Source: Gemmatimonadales bacterium
GTDB lineage: Bacteria > Gemmatimonadota > Gemmatimonadetes > Gemmatimonadales > GWC2-71-9
Reading direction: 5' to 3'
NCBI GenBank assembly: GCA_013140635.1
Contig: JABFSM010000046.1
Coordinates: 1-45,144 of the forward strand
Length of the DNA stretch: 45,144 nucleotides
The position numbers and the translations under genes are program-made. How positions within the stretch are numbered: the first letter of the stretch is position 1; each line of letters starts with the position of its first letter. A model generated the notes under the pieces. That model saw nothing but the letters and a program-made list of their open reading frames with translations. It had not been told where the DNA came from and ran no database searches. Below, one piece after another: positions 18,437 to 27,909 of this stretch.

Positions 18437-20569
18437 ATGGCAACCCGGCCAGCGCCCGCCTCCCGTTCCCGTCCGAGCGCTCGGCTCGAAAAGGCCGATC
18501 TCCTCGAGATGTATCGAGTGATGCTGCTCTCCAGACGTCTCGACGACAAGGAGATTCAGCTCAAGCGTCAAAACAAGATCTTCTTCCAGATCTCCGGTGC
18601 CGGCCACGAAGGGGTCTTGGTTGCCGCCGCCAAGGCGCTCCGCCCCGCCTACGACTGGTTCTACACATACTATCGCGATCGCGCGCTCTGCCTCGGCCTT
18701 GGCATGACCGCCACCGAGCAGCTCCTTTCCGCCGTCGGTGCCGCCGATGACCCCAATTCCGGCGGCCGCCAGATGCCGTCGCACTGGGGCCACAAGGACC
18801 TGAACATCGTCTCGTCATCGAGCCCGACCGGCACCCAGTTTCTCCAGGCGGTCGGCGCCGCCGAGGCGTGGCTCCGGTATTCACAGAACGAGACGATTTC
18901 GGATCGTGGGGACCGGATCAAGGGTGATGAGGTGGTGCTCGTCACCTCGGGTGACGGCACCACGAGCGAGGGAGAGTTCTGGGAGTCGCTGAGCACGGCC
19001 TGCAATCTCCAGCTGCCGATCCTCTACTTGATCGAAGACAACGGCTACGCGATCTCGGTGCCGGTCGAGGTCAATACGCCCGGTGGATCGATTTCCAAGT
19101 TGATCGCGGGCTTTCCCGGTCTCTTCGTTCAAGAGTGCGATGGCTGCGATCCGCTGGGGTCGTACGATGTGATCAGCAAAGCGGTCGACCATGTCCGCGC
19201 CCGGAAGGGCCCGGCGTTCGTGCATGCCAAAGTCATCCGGCCGTACAGCCACTCCCTTTCCGACGACGAAGTCCATTACCGTCCGCCCAGCGAGCGCGAC
19301 GCGGATGCGACGCGAGACCCGGTCCTTCGCTTTCCGAAGCAGCTCGTGGAGCAGGGAGTCGCCACTGAGGCGGAAGTCGAGCTGATCAAGAAGCAGGTGG
19401 AAGAGGAAGTCGATATCGCCACGGAGACGGCGCTGGCCTCGCCGCAGCCGGCCACCGACACCATCTATCGGTACGTGTACTCGCCTGACGTCGACCCGAC
19501 CTCTGAGCAGTTCGACACCGAAGACGACCCCCGCTTTACCGGCGAGCCGACCACGATGGTCGACTTGCTCAACGGGGCGATGAAGGATGAAATGGCGCGG
19601 GATCCTCGCATCCTCGTCTTCGGCGAGGATGTGGCCGACGTGAGCCGCGAGGCATACCTCGGCCAGGTGAAGGGGAAGGGCGGGGTCTTCAAGGTCACTT
19701 GGGGCCTCCAGAAGCTCTTCGGCGGCAATCGGGTCTACAACTCGCCGCTCGCCGAAGCCAACATCGTCGGCCGCGCGATCGGGCTCGCGACGCGCGGCCT
19801 CAAGCCGGTCGTGGAAATCCAGTTCTTCGACTACATCTGGCCGGCGTACATGCAGATTCGGAACGAGCTCGCCATCATGCGGTGGCGTTCGAACAACGCG
19901 TTCGCGGCGCCGATGGTGATCCGGGTAACCTACGGCGGCTACTTGAAGGGGGGCGCGCCCTATCACTCGCAGACCGGTGCCGCGATCTTCACCGGCATTC
20001 CCGGATTGCGCGTCGTCTGTCCCTCCACAGCGCTCGACGCGAACGGCCTCCTGCGCACCGCCATCCGCTGCGAGGATCCGGTGCTCTTCCTGGAGCACAA
20101 ACACCTCTATCGGCAAACGTACAATAAGGCGCCGAACCCCGGCCCTAACTTCATGATCCCGTTCGGCAAGGCGCGGGTCGTGAGGGAGGGGAGTGACCTG
20201 ACGGTGGTGACGTATGGCGCCTTGGTGCAGCGGACGCTGGTGGCCGCCAAAGCCCTGGAGGAGCGGATTGGGAAGAGCGTCGAGGTCATCGATCTCCGTA
20301 CCCTTTCGCCCGTCGACTACGACACGATCTACACCTCGGTCAAGAAGACGAGCCGGGTGATCGTAGCGTACGAGGATTCGCTTTCGTGGGGCTATGGCGC
20401 CGAGATCGCCGCGCGCATTGCGGACGAGACCTTCGCTTGGCTGGATGCGCCGGTGCGTCGGGTGGCGTCGACCGACACTTTCGTGGCGTACGCGCCGGAG
20501 CTCGAAGATGTGATCCTGCCGCAGAGCGAGGGCATCGCCAACGCGATGGAGGCAATGCTGCGCTGGTGA
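18437..20569 (+). CDS. 2-oxoacid (probably branched-chain) dehydrogenase E1, fused alpha/beta subunits
   Basis: [23 protein letters not shown] motif [13 protein letters not shown], then beta domain [29 protein letters not shown]. Confidence 0.9.
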   Translation: MATRPAPASRSRPSARLEKADLLEMYRVMLLSRRLDDKEIQLKRQNKIFFQISGAGHEGVLVAAAKALRPAYDWFYTYYRDRALCLGLGMTATEQLLSAVGAADDPNSGGRQMPSHWGHKDLNIVSSSSPTGTQFLQAVGAAEAWLRYSQNETISDRGDRIKGDEVVLVTSGDGTTSEGEFWESLSTACNLQLPILYLIEDNGYAISVPVEVNTPGGSISKLIAGFPGLFVQECDGCDPLGSYDVISKAVDHVRARKGPAFVHAKVIRPYSHSLSDDEVHYRPPSERDADATRDPVLRFPKQLVEQGVATEAEVELIKKQVEEEVDIATETALASPQPATDTIYRYVYSPDVDPTSEQFDTEDDPRFTGEPTTMVDLLNGAMKDEMARDPRILVFGEDVADVSREAYLGQVKGKGGVFKVTWGLQKLFGGNRVYNSPLAEANIVGRAIGLATRGLKPVVEIQFFDYIWPAYMQIRNELAIMRWRSNNAFAAPMVIRVTYGGYLKGGAPYHSQTGAAIFTGIPGLRVVCPSTALDANGLLRTAIRCEDPVLFLEHKHLYRQTYNKAPNPGPNFMIPFGKARVVREGSDLTVVTYGALVQRTLVAAKALEERIGKSVEVIDLRTLSPVDYDTIYTSVKKTSRVIVAYEDSLSWGYGAEIAARIADETFAWLDAPVRRVASTDTFVAYAPELEDVILPQSEGIANAMEAMLRW

Positions 20570-20581
20570 CCGCCGCGCCGC

Positions 20582-21982
20582 TCAGCGGCGTATCGGGAAT
20601 TCCATCACGAAGGCCGCCCCCCCGTCCGCGGGGGCTTCGTGCCGCAGCCGGCCGTTCATTCGCTCCGCAATCCACCGCGCGATCGAAAGCCCGAGACCGC
20701 TCCCCGCGGCCGAGGTCCGGCCCCGGGCAAAGCGCTCGAAGATCCTGCCCCCATCCGTCGGCGGCACGCCCGGCCCCCAGTCGCGAATCCGAAGCCAAGC
20801 CCACTCCTGGTCGGTGCCGACACTGATCTCCACGGGACTATTCGGTGCGTGGACCAGAGCATTGTCCAGGAGCACCATGATGGCCCGTTCGATCAAGACC
20901 TGGTTGGCAAAGATCGGGGCCGTTTCGAAGTGGCCGATCCGGAAGACGCGGTCACGCCCGAGCGGGGTTCGGCGAGCCCGGATCATCACGGTCGAGGTGA
21001 TGTCGTCCAGGAAAAGCAGTTCGCCGGCTTCGTACTCCGCGGCGGCCTCTCCCCGCGCCATCAGCAGCAGATCTCCGATCACGTCGCCCATGCGGCGCGC
21101 CTCGCCGACGATAATGCCCAACGATTCGGTGTCCGCGGTGTTCCGCGGAGCCGACGTCAGCAGCGATTCGGCCTCACTCATGACGATGGCGGTCGGTGTC
21201 CGGAGCTCGTGGGCCGCGTCGGACAGGAACGCCAGCTGCCGGGCGGCGGCCAGGCGCTCCCGTCCGAAGGCCTCACCAAGGCGCGCGAGCAGCCGATTGA
21301 ATGAGGCGGTGAGCGTGCCCACTTCGTCCGGGATCACACGGTTAGGAATCGGGGGGAAGTCGCGCCTCCCTCCGGCGATGAGCGCCTCGGTGCGCTCCGC
21401 CGCCTCCGCCACCGCGCTGATCGGCCGGAGGGCCGGGCCGGCCGCGAGTACACCGACACCGGCGCTGGCGACGAGCAGCAGGGGAAGGCCGGCCAGGAGC
21501 ACGAGTTGCAGCGTGCGCCGTTGCTGCTCGAGGGATGCACGGGACACGCCGACCAGGACGTGGATTCCCGCTTGGAGCTCGCCGCTGAGGACCCGCGCAC
21601 TGCCGGTCGGGGTGGCGACGGTCGCCGGCCGGGGCACCCGTTGGCTGCCGAGGCTCTGGAGATCGGGGGCGCCGGGAAACCGGCGGCTCCGTCCCAACTC
21701 CCTGCCGTCGGGTCCGTACGCGATCATCGCGCGGTCGCCGTAGATCAGTTCCGCAACGATGTGCGCGACCGCCATCTCTTCTTCTGGAAACTCGGGCCGG
21801 TCCCGAGTGTAGATATCCCGGGCGGCAAGAACCGTTTCCTGGAGCGTCCGGTCGATCTGGGCGCGCGCGCCGCCATCGAGCGCCACGTAGAGCGAGGCGG
21901 CGCCCGCGGCAAGGAGGCTACCGAACCAGGCGAGATAGACGGCGGCGAGCCGGAATCGGAGACCTCTGAAGGGGTACCTCAC
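20582..21982 (-). CDS. HAMP sensor histidine kinase (OmpR/CusS-like)
   Basis: Two TM segments, HAMP, H-box SDAAHELRTP, LLDNA, DWGPG, IFERF, GSGLGLSIA. GTGA overlap with the regulator. Confidence 0.92.
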   Translation of the reverse strand: MRYPFRGLRFRLAAVYLAWFGSLLAAGAASLYVALDGGARAQIDRTLQETVLAARDIYTRDRPEFPEEEMAVAHIVAELIYGDRAMIAYGPDGRELGRSRRFPGAPDLQSLGSQRVPRPATVATPTGSARVLSGELQAGIHVLVGVSRASLEQQRRTLQLVLLAGLPLLLVASAGVGVLAAGPALRPISAVAEAAERTEALIAGGRRDFPPIPNRVIPDEVGTLTASFNRLLARLGEAFGRERLAAARQLAFLSDAAHELRTPTAIVMSEAESLLTSAPRNTADTESLGIIVGEARRMGDVIGDLLLMARGEAAAEYEAGELLFLDDITSTVMIRARRTPLGRDRVFRIGHFETAPIFANQVLIERAIMVLLDNALVHAPNSPVEISVGTDQEWAWLRIRDWGPGVPPTDGGRIFERFARGRTSAAGSGLGLSIARWIAERMNGRLRHEAPADGGAAFVMEFPIRR

Positions 21983-22662
21983 GGGGCCTCCGAACGAAGC
22001 CCCAGCATGTACCCCGCCCCCCGGATCGTGTGGAGCAGCGGCGGGCGGCCGGACTGGTCCACCTTCTTGCGAATGCGGGCGATGTACACGTCGATGACGT
22101 TCGAGAAGGGGTCGTAGCTCTCGTTCCAGACATGCGTGCTGATCTGGGGCCGATCACACACTTGGTCGCTGTGGCGGGCCAGGTACTCGAGGAGGGCGTA
22201 TTCGGTCGTCGTGAGCTCGATCCGCTGCCCTCCGCGCTCCGCGGTGCGCGGGCCGGTCTCGATCGAGAGATCCGCGACGACGATCGTTTCGGGCCGCAGG
22301 GTGGGAATCCTCCGCGCCACTGCGCGGAGCCGAGCCAGAAGCTCATCGAGCGCAAACGGCTTGACCAAGTAGTCGTCCGCGCCGTGGTCGAGGCCGCTGA
22401 CCCGGTCTTCGATGGCGTCACGCGCGGTGAGCATGACGATCGACACGAGGTTTCGGGCGGCTCGCAACTCGCGGGCGAGCGTGAGCCCTGAGCCATCAGG
22501 GAGCATAACGTCAAGCACCAGCGCTTCGTAGCTTCCCGCCCCGAGTTTGGCCCGTGCCTCCGCCAGCGATCCCGCGACGTCCACGGCATGGGCCGCTTGC
22601 CTCAGACTCTTGGCGAGAGATGCGGCAAGGCGAGGTTCGTCTTCGACAACCAGCAAACGCAT
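21979..22662 (-). CDS. OmpR-family response regulator (CusR/CzcR-like)
   Basis: MRLLVVEDE, LDVMLPDGSG, GADDYLVKPF, SNVIDVYIARIRKK. GGAGG RBS precedes ATG 22662. Confidence 0.93.
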   Translation of the reverse strand: MRLLVVEDEPRLAASLAKSLRQAAHAVDVAGSLAEARAKLGAGSYEALVLDVMLPDGSGLTLARELRAARNLVSIVMLTARDAIEDRVSGLDHGADDYLVKPFALDELLARLRAVARRIPTLRPETIVVADLSIETGPRTAERGGQRIELTTTEYALLEYLARHSDQVCDRPQISTHVWNESYDPFSNVIDVYIARIRKKVDQSGRPPLLHTIRGAGYMLGLRSEAP

Positions 22663-22728
22663 TGGGGCTACCTCCTCCGGCAGCCCCAAGATCGTGCGTC
22701 TTTCAAGCCGGATCAACCACCGAGGCGG

Positions 22729-22756
22729 TTCATCCTGAATTCATCTTGTCTTCAGT
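22729..22756 (-). promoter_or_regulatory. Direct repeats with 11-bp period, candidate OmpR-family binding site
   Basis: Plus strand TTCATC (22729), TTCATC (22740), TTCAGT (22751), upstream of the response regulator. Confidence 0.5.
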
Positions 22757-25118
22757 TGTTCGGTGCTCCGGATTGGATCCAGCTCCTCACTTTGTCGATG
22801 AAACTCTGCGGAAGCTTCCCGCTCGGCGGCATCAAGGGCCCGTTGGTCCCCTGCATGGTGCCGACCAAGAGCCCGGTGTTGGGATTGCCGGGCGTCACAT
22901 ACTTGGTGCTGTTGGTCACCAGGGCGGCATACCCCGTGGTTCTCGAGGACAAGTCGGGCTTCTGTTTTCCCGGCACATGGCAGCCACTGGTGGCGCAACT
23001 GGCCTGCAGCGTCGGGTAGATATCAGTCGTGAACGAGACCCCGGCACTTGGCGATACCGTCAGGGTGACGGACACGCTCACCGGTGAATTCGAAGCGCCC
23101 CCGGCGGCGACGGGAACCGTGGCCGTGTAGGTGCCGGCCGCGATCGCCCCGAGGGTGGGAGCCACCGTGAGGGTCGCCGGCGCCGTCGATGTGTTGAGCG
23201 AGGCGGACACCCAACCACTCGCCCCGGGGCCGTAGGCAATCGTCCCGACGGCAAGACCGGTCAACGCGCCGCCTCCCGTGTTTGAAACGGCGGCCGTCTT
23301 GGCGGCGGGGCTTGCCCCACCCGCGGTGGCGGAGAAGGCGAGCGAGGCCGGTGAGAGGCCGATCGTGGGAGGGGTGCCGGCCGCGATCGTCAGGGTTACA
23401 GACAGACTCTGCGGTGCATTGCCCGCACCGGAGGCTGAGATAGGCACGGTCGCCGAATACGTTCCCGCCGGCAGCGCGCCGGGCGATGGCGCGACCGTGA
23501 GCGTGGCGGGCGCCGTGGTCGAATTCAGAGATGCGGTGATCCAGCCGCTCCCGCCCCCGCTATAGGTGATCGCCCCGACGGAGAGACCGGCCAGGCTTCC
23601 CGTTCCGGCATTGCCCACACTCACGGTCTTCGCCGCCGGCGCCGCCCCACCGAGAGTCGTCGCAAAGGAGACCGCGCTCGGCGTGAGGGCGATGAGCGGT
23701 GCCGTGCCCGGCGGCGAGAGCACCAACGTGACGGTGACGTATTGCGGGGCGTTGCTCGCGCCGATCGCGCCGACCGGCACCGTCGCGGTATAGGTGCCCG
23801 CCGCGAGGGCGCTGACAATCGGTGTGAGCGTCAGGGTCGCAGGGGCCGTCGTCGCCGTCAGCGTGGTCTGGAGCCAGCCGGCGGCGCCGGTGTACATGGT
23901 CGGGCCGATCGAGATCCCGGTCAGGGTACCGCCCCCTGCGTTGGTAATGGACACGGTCTGCGGCGCCGGGGCAGCGCCGCCCAGTGTCCCGGCGAAGCCG
24001 ACGCTCCCCGGGGTAAGCGAGAGTGCGGCGGGAATGGCGACGCCGGTGACCGTCAGGGTGAAGGTCACGCTCTGGGATCCGGTCACATTGGACGCGCTGA
24101 CCGGTACGACGGCGGTGTAGACGCCGGCGGGGAGTCCCGCCACCGTGGGGGTGAGCGTGAGCGTCGACGGGGCCGATGTCGCCGAGAGTGCGGCAGTGAG
24201 CCAATTGCCGGCTCCTCCCGCGTAGCTGATCGTGCCGATACGAAGACCGTCCAGCGTCCCGCCCCCGCCGTTCGTGATGGCGACGGATCTCGCTTCACCA
24301 CTAGCGGCCAGAGCGGTGGTCGACAACCGGAGCGATGCGGGAACCGGCGCCGAGGTGACCGTCAGGGTAACCCGTACGGTACGCGGGCTGTTGATGGCCC
24401 CTGGAGCTCCGATGCTCACCACCGCAGCATAGGTTCCTGGACTCAGTGAGGTAGCGTCAGGCGTAAGAAGGAGGTTGGCCGGAGCAAGGGTCCCATCGAG
24501 CCGGGCGGCCAGCCATCCGGGGGTGCCGGGCTCGTAGGTCACGTCGACGATTGCCAATCCGGTCAACGGGGCGTCGTTGGCGGGAAGAATCTGCACTTGC
24601 TGGGTGACACCAGGCGTGCCGGTGACGACCCCGAAGCTGGCGGCGGTTGCGGTCATCCCGATGATCGGTCCCACCGCGGTCGGCTCCACCCGGAGCGAAA
24701 GGTCGATCGTGCGCGGGCTGTTGGCCGCGCCGGTTGCCACCAGCGTCAGGCTTGCATAGTAGGTGCCGGCGGCAAGATTTCCTGCCGCCGCCTGCAGCAT
24801 CAGCGTCGTAGGCGCTGCGGTGCCGCTCAAGGAGGCGGTCAGCCATCCCGCCCCGTCGCCGAAGTACTCCACCTTGCCGATCCCGAGGCCGCCGAGGATC
24901 CCCGGCCCGGCGTTCCCGATGGCGATAATCTGCATTGGGGCGAGGGCGTGTGTGAGCGCGCCGAACTCGGCTGAACTCTTCGAGAGCGCCATGACCGGCG
25001 GTCCTTCAGGGTCCGGGTCGAGGCCGGCCGTGGTCACGGGCTGATCGCAGGAGCCGAGGAAGAGGCCCATCGCGGCCACGAGACACCGGACCGCTCGAAG
25101 AGGCATGTCATTTCGCAT
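22752..25118 (-). CDS. Lipoprotein with six Ig/BACON-like repeats and a C-terminal c-type cytochrome domain
   Basis: Lipobox FLGSC. Six repeats of about 100 aa (N.GGG.L.GL..G.I.Y..GWL.ASL..TAP.TLT..AGTY.A.V). C-terminal VSFTTDIYPTLQASCATSGCH..LMPPSG..WIQSGAPNN gives CX4CH plus a candidate distal Met. Confidence 0.8.
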   Translation of the reverse strand: MRNDMPLRAVRCLVAAMGLFLGSCDQPVTTAGLDPDPEGPPVMALSKSSAEFGALTHALAPMQIIAIGNAGPGILGGLGIGKVEYFGDGAGWLTASLSGTAAPTTLMLQAAAGNLAAGTYYASLTLVATGAANSPRTIDLSLRVEPTAVGPIIGMTATAASFGVVTGTPGVTQQVQILPANDAPLTGLAIVDVTYEPGTPGWLAARLDGTLAPANLLLTPDATSLSPGTYAAVVSIGAPGAINSPRTVRVTLTVTSAPVPASLRLSTTALAASGEARSVAITNGGGGTLDGLRIGTISYAGGAGNWLTAALSATSAPSTLTLTPTVAGLPAGVYTAVVPVSASNVTGSQSVTFTLTVTGVAIPAALSLTPGSVGFAGTLGGAAPAPQTVSITNAGGGTLTGISIGPTMYTGAAGWLQTTLTATTAPATLTLTPIVSALAAGTYTATVPVGAIGASNAPQYVTVTLVLSPPGTAPLIALTPSAVSFATTLGGAAPAAKTVSVGNAGTGSLAGLSVGAITYSGGGSGWITASLNSTTAPATLTVAPSPGALPAGTYSATVPISASGAGNAPQSLSVTLTIAAGTPPTIGLSPASLAFSATAGGASPAAKTAAVSNTGGGALTGLAVGTIAYGPGASGWVSASLNTSTAPATLTVAPTLGAIAAGTYTATVPVAAGGASNSPVSVSVTLTVSPSAGVSFTTDIYPTLQASCATSGCHVPGKQKPDLSSRTTGYAALVTNSTKYVTPGNPNTGLLVGTMQGTNGPLMPPSGKLPQSFIDKVRSWIQSGAPNN

Positions 25119-25132
25119 CGTGAGGATACCGG

Positions 25133-25945
25133 TTAGTCGTCGTCGTCGCGGTTGCCGGGCACGGCGGAGCCTCGAATGCGGAGCGTGCCGGTGCTTGCAT
25201 CGAGCGTAACCATGAGCGCGGTCAGGCCGGTCTCGGCCGGTCCTTCGAGCAGAGCGCCGTCAGGCGCAAACCGGGCGCCATGCTTGGAACAGCGCCAGCC
25301 GCTGCCGGTTGGATCGATCACATACTGTTCATGGGGGCAGGCCAGCCCATAGGCGGCATAGGTCGAGACCCCAAGGCGAGCGACGCCGATCGGCACCGTG
25401 GTATTGCCGTCGACTCGAGCGACTCCGCCGATTGCCGCGAGCGCGGGAAACGAGGACAGACGGATCGTCAGGTCCACATTGCCACCCCCGCCGCTCACCA
25501 TGAGCGTGCCGGCTGCGGTATCGAGGGTGGTTTGCAGCTTGACCAGATCGGTCGTGCGCTGGCCGCCGGTCCAGGTGCCCGCGGTGTTCCACGTTGCGCC
25601 ATGATTCGGGCAGCGGAACCCGCCACCACCCGGCGTCACCGTCGTGCCCGCATGCGGGCAGGCCAGCGAGAAGACATCGTAGGATGCCGCGGAGGAGCGG
25701 ACGGCGGCCAGCGGCACGGGCGCGCCGGTGATGACCGCCATTCCTCCGACCGTGGCCAGCGCAGGATAGTCCGCGAGCCGAATCGAGAAACCGTCGAGGT
25801 TTGCGGCGGGGCCCGTCAGGCCCGCACCCCCGATGATGCCGTCGCCGCAAGCGCTTGCCAACAGCGCCCCGAGCGCGGCAGCGGTCGAACTCTGCAGAAA
25901 CTCCCGTCGGCTTACTTCGCCGCACCCCCCTCGGCAGTCACACAT
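25133..25945 (-). CDS. Tat-exported lipoprotein with two Rieske [2Fe-2S] domains
   Basis: SRREFL plus lipobox LASAC. Rieske boxes CPH..CPNH and CPH..CSKH. Confidence 0.85.
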   Translation of the reverse strand: MCDCRGGCGEVSRREFLQSSTAAALGALLASACGDGIIGGAGLTGPAANLDGFSIRLADYPALATVGGMAVITGAPVPLAAVRSSAASYDVFSLACPHAGTTVTPGGGGFRCPNHGATWNTAGTWTGGQRTTDLVKLQTTLDTAAGTLMVSGGGGNVDLTIRLSSFPALAAIGGVARVDGNTTVPIGVARLGVSTYAAYGLACPHEQYVIDPTGSGWRCSKHGARFAPDGALLEGPAETGLTALMVTLDASTGTLRIRGSAVPGNRDDDD

Positions 25946-25948
25946 CGC

Positions 25949-26464
25949 TTACACCTTGACCATGGCGGCCGCCCAGCCCGCCGCGTCTTTGTCGCTCTCG
26001 AACACTCGATCAGGATCCACATACACCTGGCTCCCATCCGTTCGGATCGGGAGCCGATCCATATGGCGGGTGGCCCGGCCCGAAATGAACTTCCCGTCCG
26101 GCTCGTATTTCGACTTGTGCTTCGAGCATTGAAAGCGATTGTCCTCGTTCAGCCAACGGAGCGCCGTATTCTGGTGCGGACAACTGAGCGCGAAGGCGTA
26201 TAGCGCACCCTGGTAGCGCACCAGGATGAGCTGGTTGTCCTTGTCGATGGTCGTGCCGTCCGTGGCGGGGATCGGATAGGCGACTTCCGTCGCGCGGACC
26301 CGCCTGCGCCCTGTGGCCGCGGTCACGGAAAGCGCGGCGGCGTGCCGGGCCGAAAGACCGAGGCCCAGGAACACCGTGGTCGCGAGGCTCATCGCTTCGC
26401 GGAGAAAAGCGCGGCGATCTTCGATCGCACTGCAATCGTGGCAGGAAGAGCGAACTGGCGGCAT
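25949..26464 (-). CDS. Tat-signal Rieske [2Fe-2S] protein
   Basis: DRRAFL plus hydrophobic stretch ending AAA. SCPHQNT..FQCSKHKSKY..GRATRHMDR. Confidence 0.85.
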   Translation of the reverse strand: MPPVRSSCHDCSAIEDRRAFLREAMSLATTVFLGLGLSARHAAALSVTAATGRRRVRATEVAYPIPATDGTTIDKDNQLILVRYQGALYAFALSCPHQNTALRWLNEDNRFQCSKHKSKYEPDGKFISGRATRHMDRLPIRTDGSQVYVDPDRVFESDKDAAGWAAAMVKV

Positions 26465-26489
26465 AGTCTGAATCTCCCGAGAAATGCGA

Positions 26490-27110
26490 TTACTTGAACA
26501 ACAGCATCATGGCCCAACTCGTAACCGAAAGGCCCATGGACACCAGGGCCACGTTGCGGTGCTTCTCGCGCATGGCCTGGGACCCTTCCGCGTCGTCGGC
26601 CAGCTGGACCCCTGCCCAGGTGAAGCCGGCGCCGGCGGCGACGAAAAGCAGCGAGTGGATGTATCGTTTGGCGCGTCCGGCAGGATCCTTCCGACTATCC
26701 CACAGGTTCCAGAGCCCGGTGATCGTATTGGCCGAGAAGACCACCGCCGTGGCGGTGGCGAGAGGGCGGTGCAGATTGCGCGCCCACTTCGGGGCGTCGG
26801 TGGACTTCTTGAGGATCTGGTCGCCGGTGACGAAGCTCCCCGCGAAGAGCGGCAGCATCGCGAAGCTCAGCGTCTTGTGGAGCGCCACCCGCGTCCGGTA
26901 GAAGCCGCTATACTCGATCGCGGTGGCGCGGCGGCGCCGCCGGCCGGTATCGGCGGGCACCGAGGCGGCGTTAGGGTCTATGCCGAGACGGAATGACAGT
27001 CGCGGCCGGACGGTGCCGGCCGAGGAGAGGGCCGCCGCCGGAGGGGATACGCTGCTGCCGCCGCCCGGCGCGGCGAGCAGCTGTGCGATGAGCATCACGC
27101 TCGTTTGCAT
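26490..27110 (-). CDS. Four-helix membrane protein with four His (cytochrome b561-like pattern), copy A
   Basis: His opens each of four hydrophobic helices (ALHKTLS, NLHRPLA, YIHSLLF, KHRNVAL). ATG 27110. Heme binding is inferred. Confidence 0.65.
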   Translation of the reverse strand: MQTSVMLIAQLLAAPGGGSSVSPPAAALSSAGTVRPRLSFRLGIDPNAASVPADTGRRRRRATAIEYSGFYRTRVALHKTLSFAMLPLFAGSFVTGDQILKKSTDAPKWARNLHRPLATATAVVFSANTITGLWNLWDSRKDPAGRAKRYIHSLLFVAAGAGFTWAGVQLADDAEGSQAMREKHRNVALVSMGLSVTSWAMMLLFK

Positions 27111-27123
27111 AGTATGCCGCCGC

Positions 27124-27624
27124 CTAGACCGCGAGGAGCGCGGTGCCGAGCAACAGCGAGCCAAACCAGAGCGCCAAGCTAGCCCAGGCCGAGCCGCGGA
27201 GACGCCGCCAGGCGCGCTCCGGGCGCGCGCTTCCGGCCCAGAGTTCGCGTTCCGTTCGTTGGAGGAATGCGCCGTTGCCGAGGAGGATCACAATCAGCCC
27301 CATCTTGAGCCAGAAGACCGGGGCGAAGAGCAACGATTCCAGATCGGCGGCCAGGAGGAGCCCGCCGCTCACGAATGTGACCAGGAGACCGAGGAGCACC
27401 GGGCGATGGATGCCGCGGAGTTCGCTGAGATGGGTTCGATCCGTCTCGGCGCCCGAAGGTACGAACCGGAGCGTGGCGCGATCGGTCGCGAGCGCGAATC
27501 CGCCGGCAACGAGGAGCCCGCCGAGGTGCGCGAACGTCACGAGCGTCGACAGGACATTCGAGTTGTTGTAGGACGTCGCCCAAGGCGAGGCGAGCTCCGT
27601 CAGTGTATCGGTGAGTGAGAGCAT
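27124..27624 (-). CDS. DUF6644/DUF2214-like 4-TM membrane protein
   Basis: FAHLGGLLVAGG...DR, VSGGLLL, PVFWLKMGLIVILLGNG, SLALW. AAGGA RBS precedes ATG 27624. Confidence 0.65.
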   Translation of the reverse strand: MLSLTDTLTELASPWATSYNNSNVLSTLVTFAHLGGLLVAGGFALATDRATLRFVPSGAETDRTHLSELRGIHRPVLLGLLVTFVSGGLLLAADLESLLFAPVFWLKMGLIVILLGNGAFLQRTERELWAGSARPERAWRRLRGSAWASLALWFGSLLLGTALLAV

Positions 27625-27667
27625 GGTGGATCCTTTGTCGGTGCGGCGGTGTCGTGACGGCTTACCT

Positions 27668-27684
27668 CGCATGGCAAGTGCCAG
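27668..27684 (-). promoter_or_regulatory. Sigma54 (-24/-12) promoter
   Basis: Minus strand CTGGCACTTGCCATGCG gives GG-N10-GC with TGGCAC, 44 nt before the start codon. Confidence 0.6.
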
Positions 27685-27909
27685 CTTCGGCGGTAGCGCG
27701 GAGAGTTGCAGCCATCGTGGGCCGGAAGAATGAAATCGAATCCATTGCTGTCATATCCGGCGCTCGGTGATGCGACGGGGACGGCGCATGTTGCAGTGGC
27801 TTGCACAGAGAGGAGATCGTGGATGACAGCTTCATGAATCGTCGCATGAATGCCGGGTGAACATCATTTCGCGAAATCGCTCGATGCATGGCCGATTGGC
27901 AATTCTCCT

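Noticed and set aside
23040-25000. DNA-level repeats of about 300 nt that might suggest an array
   Set aside because: They are degenerate in-frame protein domain repeats, with no constant repeat and unique spacer structure and no cas genes.
25133-27110. Cytochrome bc1/b6f operon interpretation
   Set aside because: No cytochrome b with PEWY motif, and the Rieske domains lack the disulfide Cys pair.
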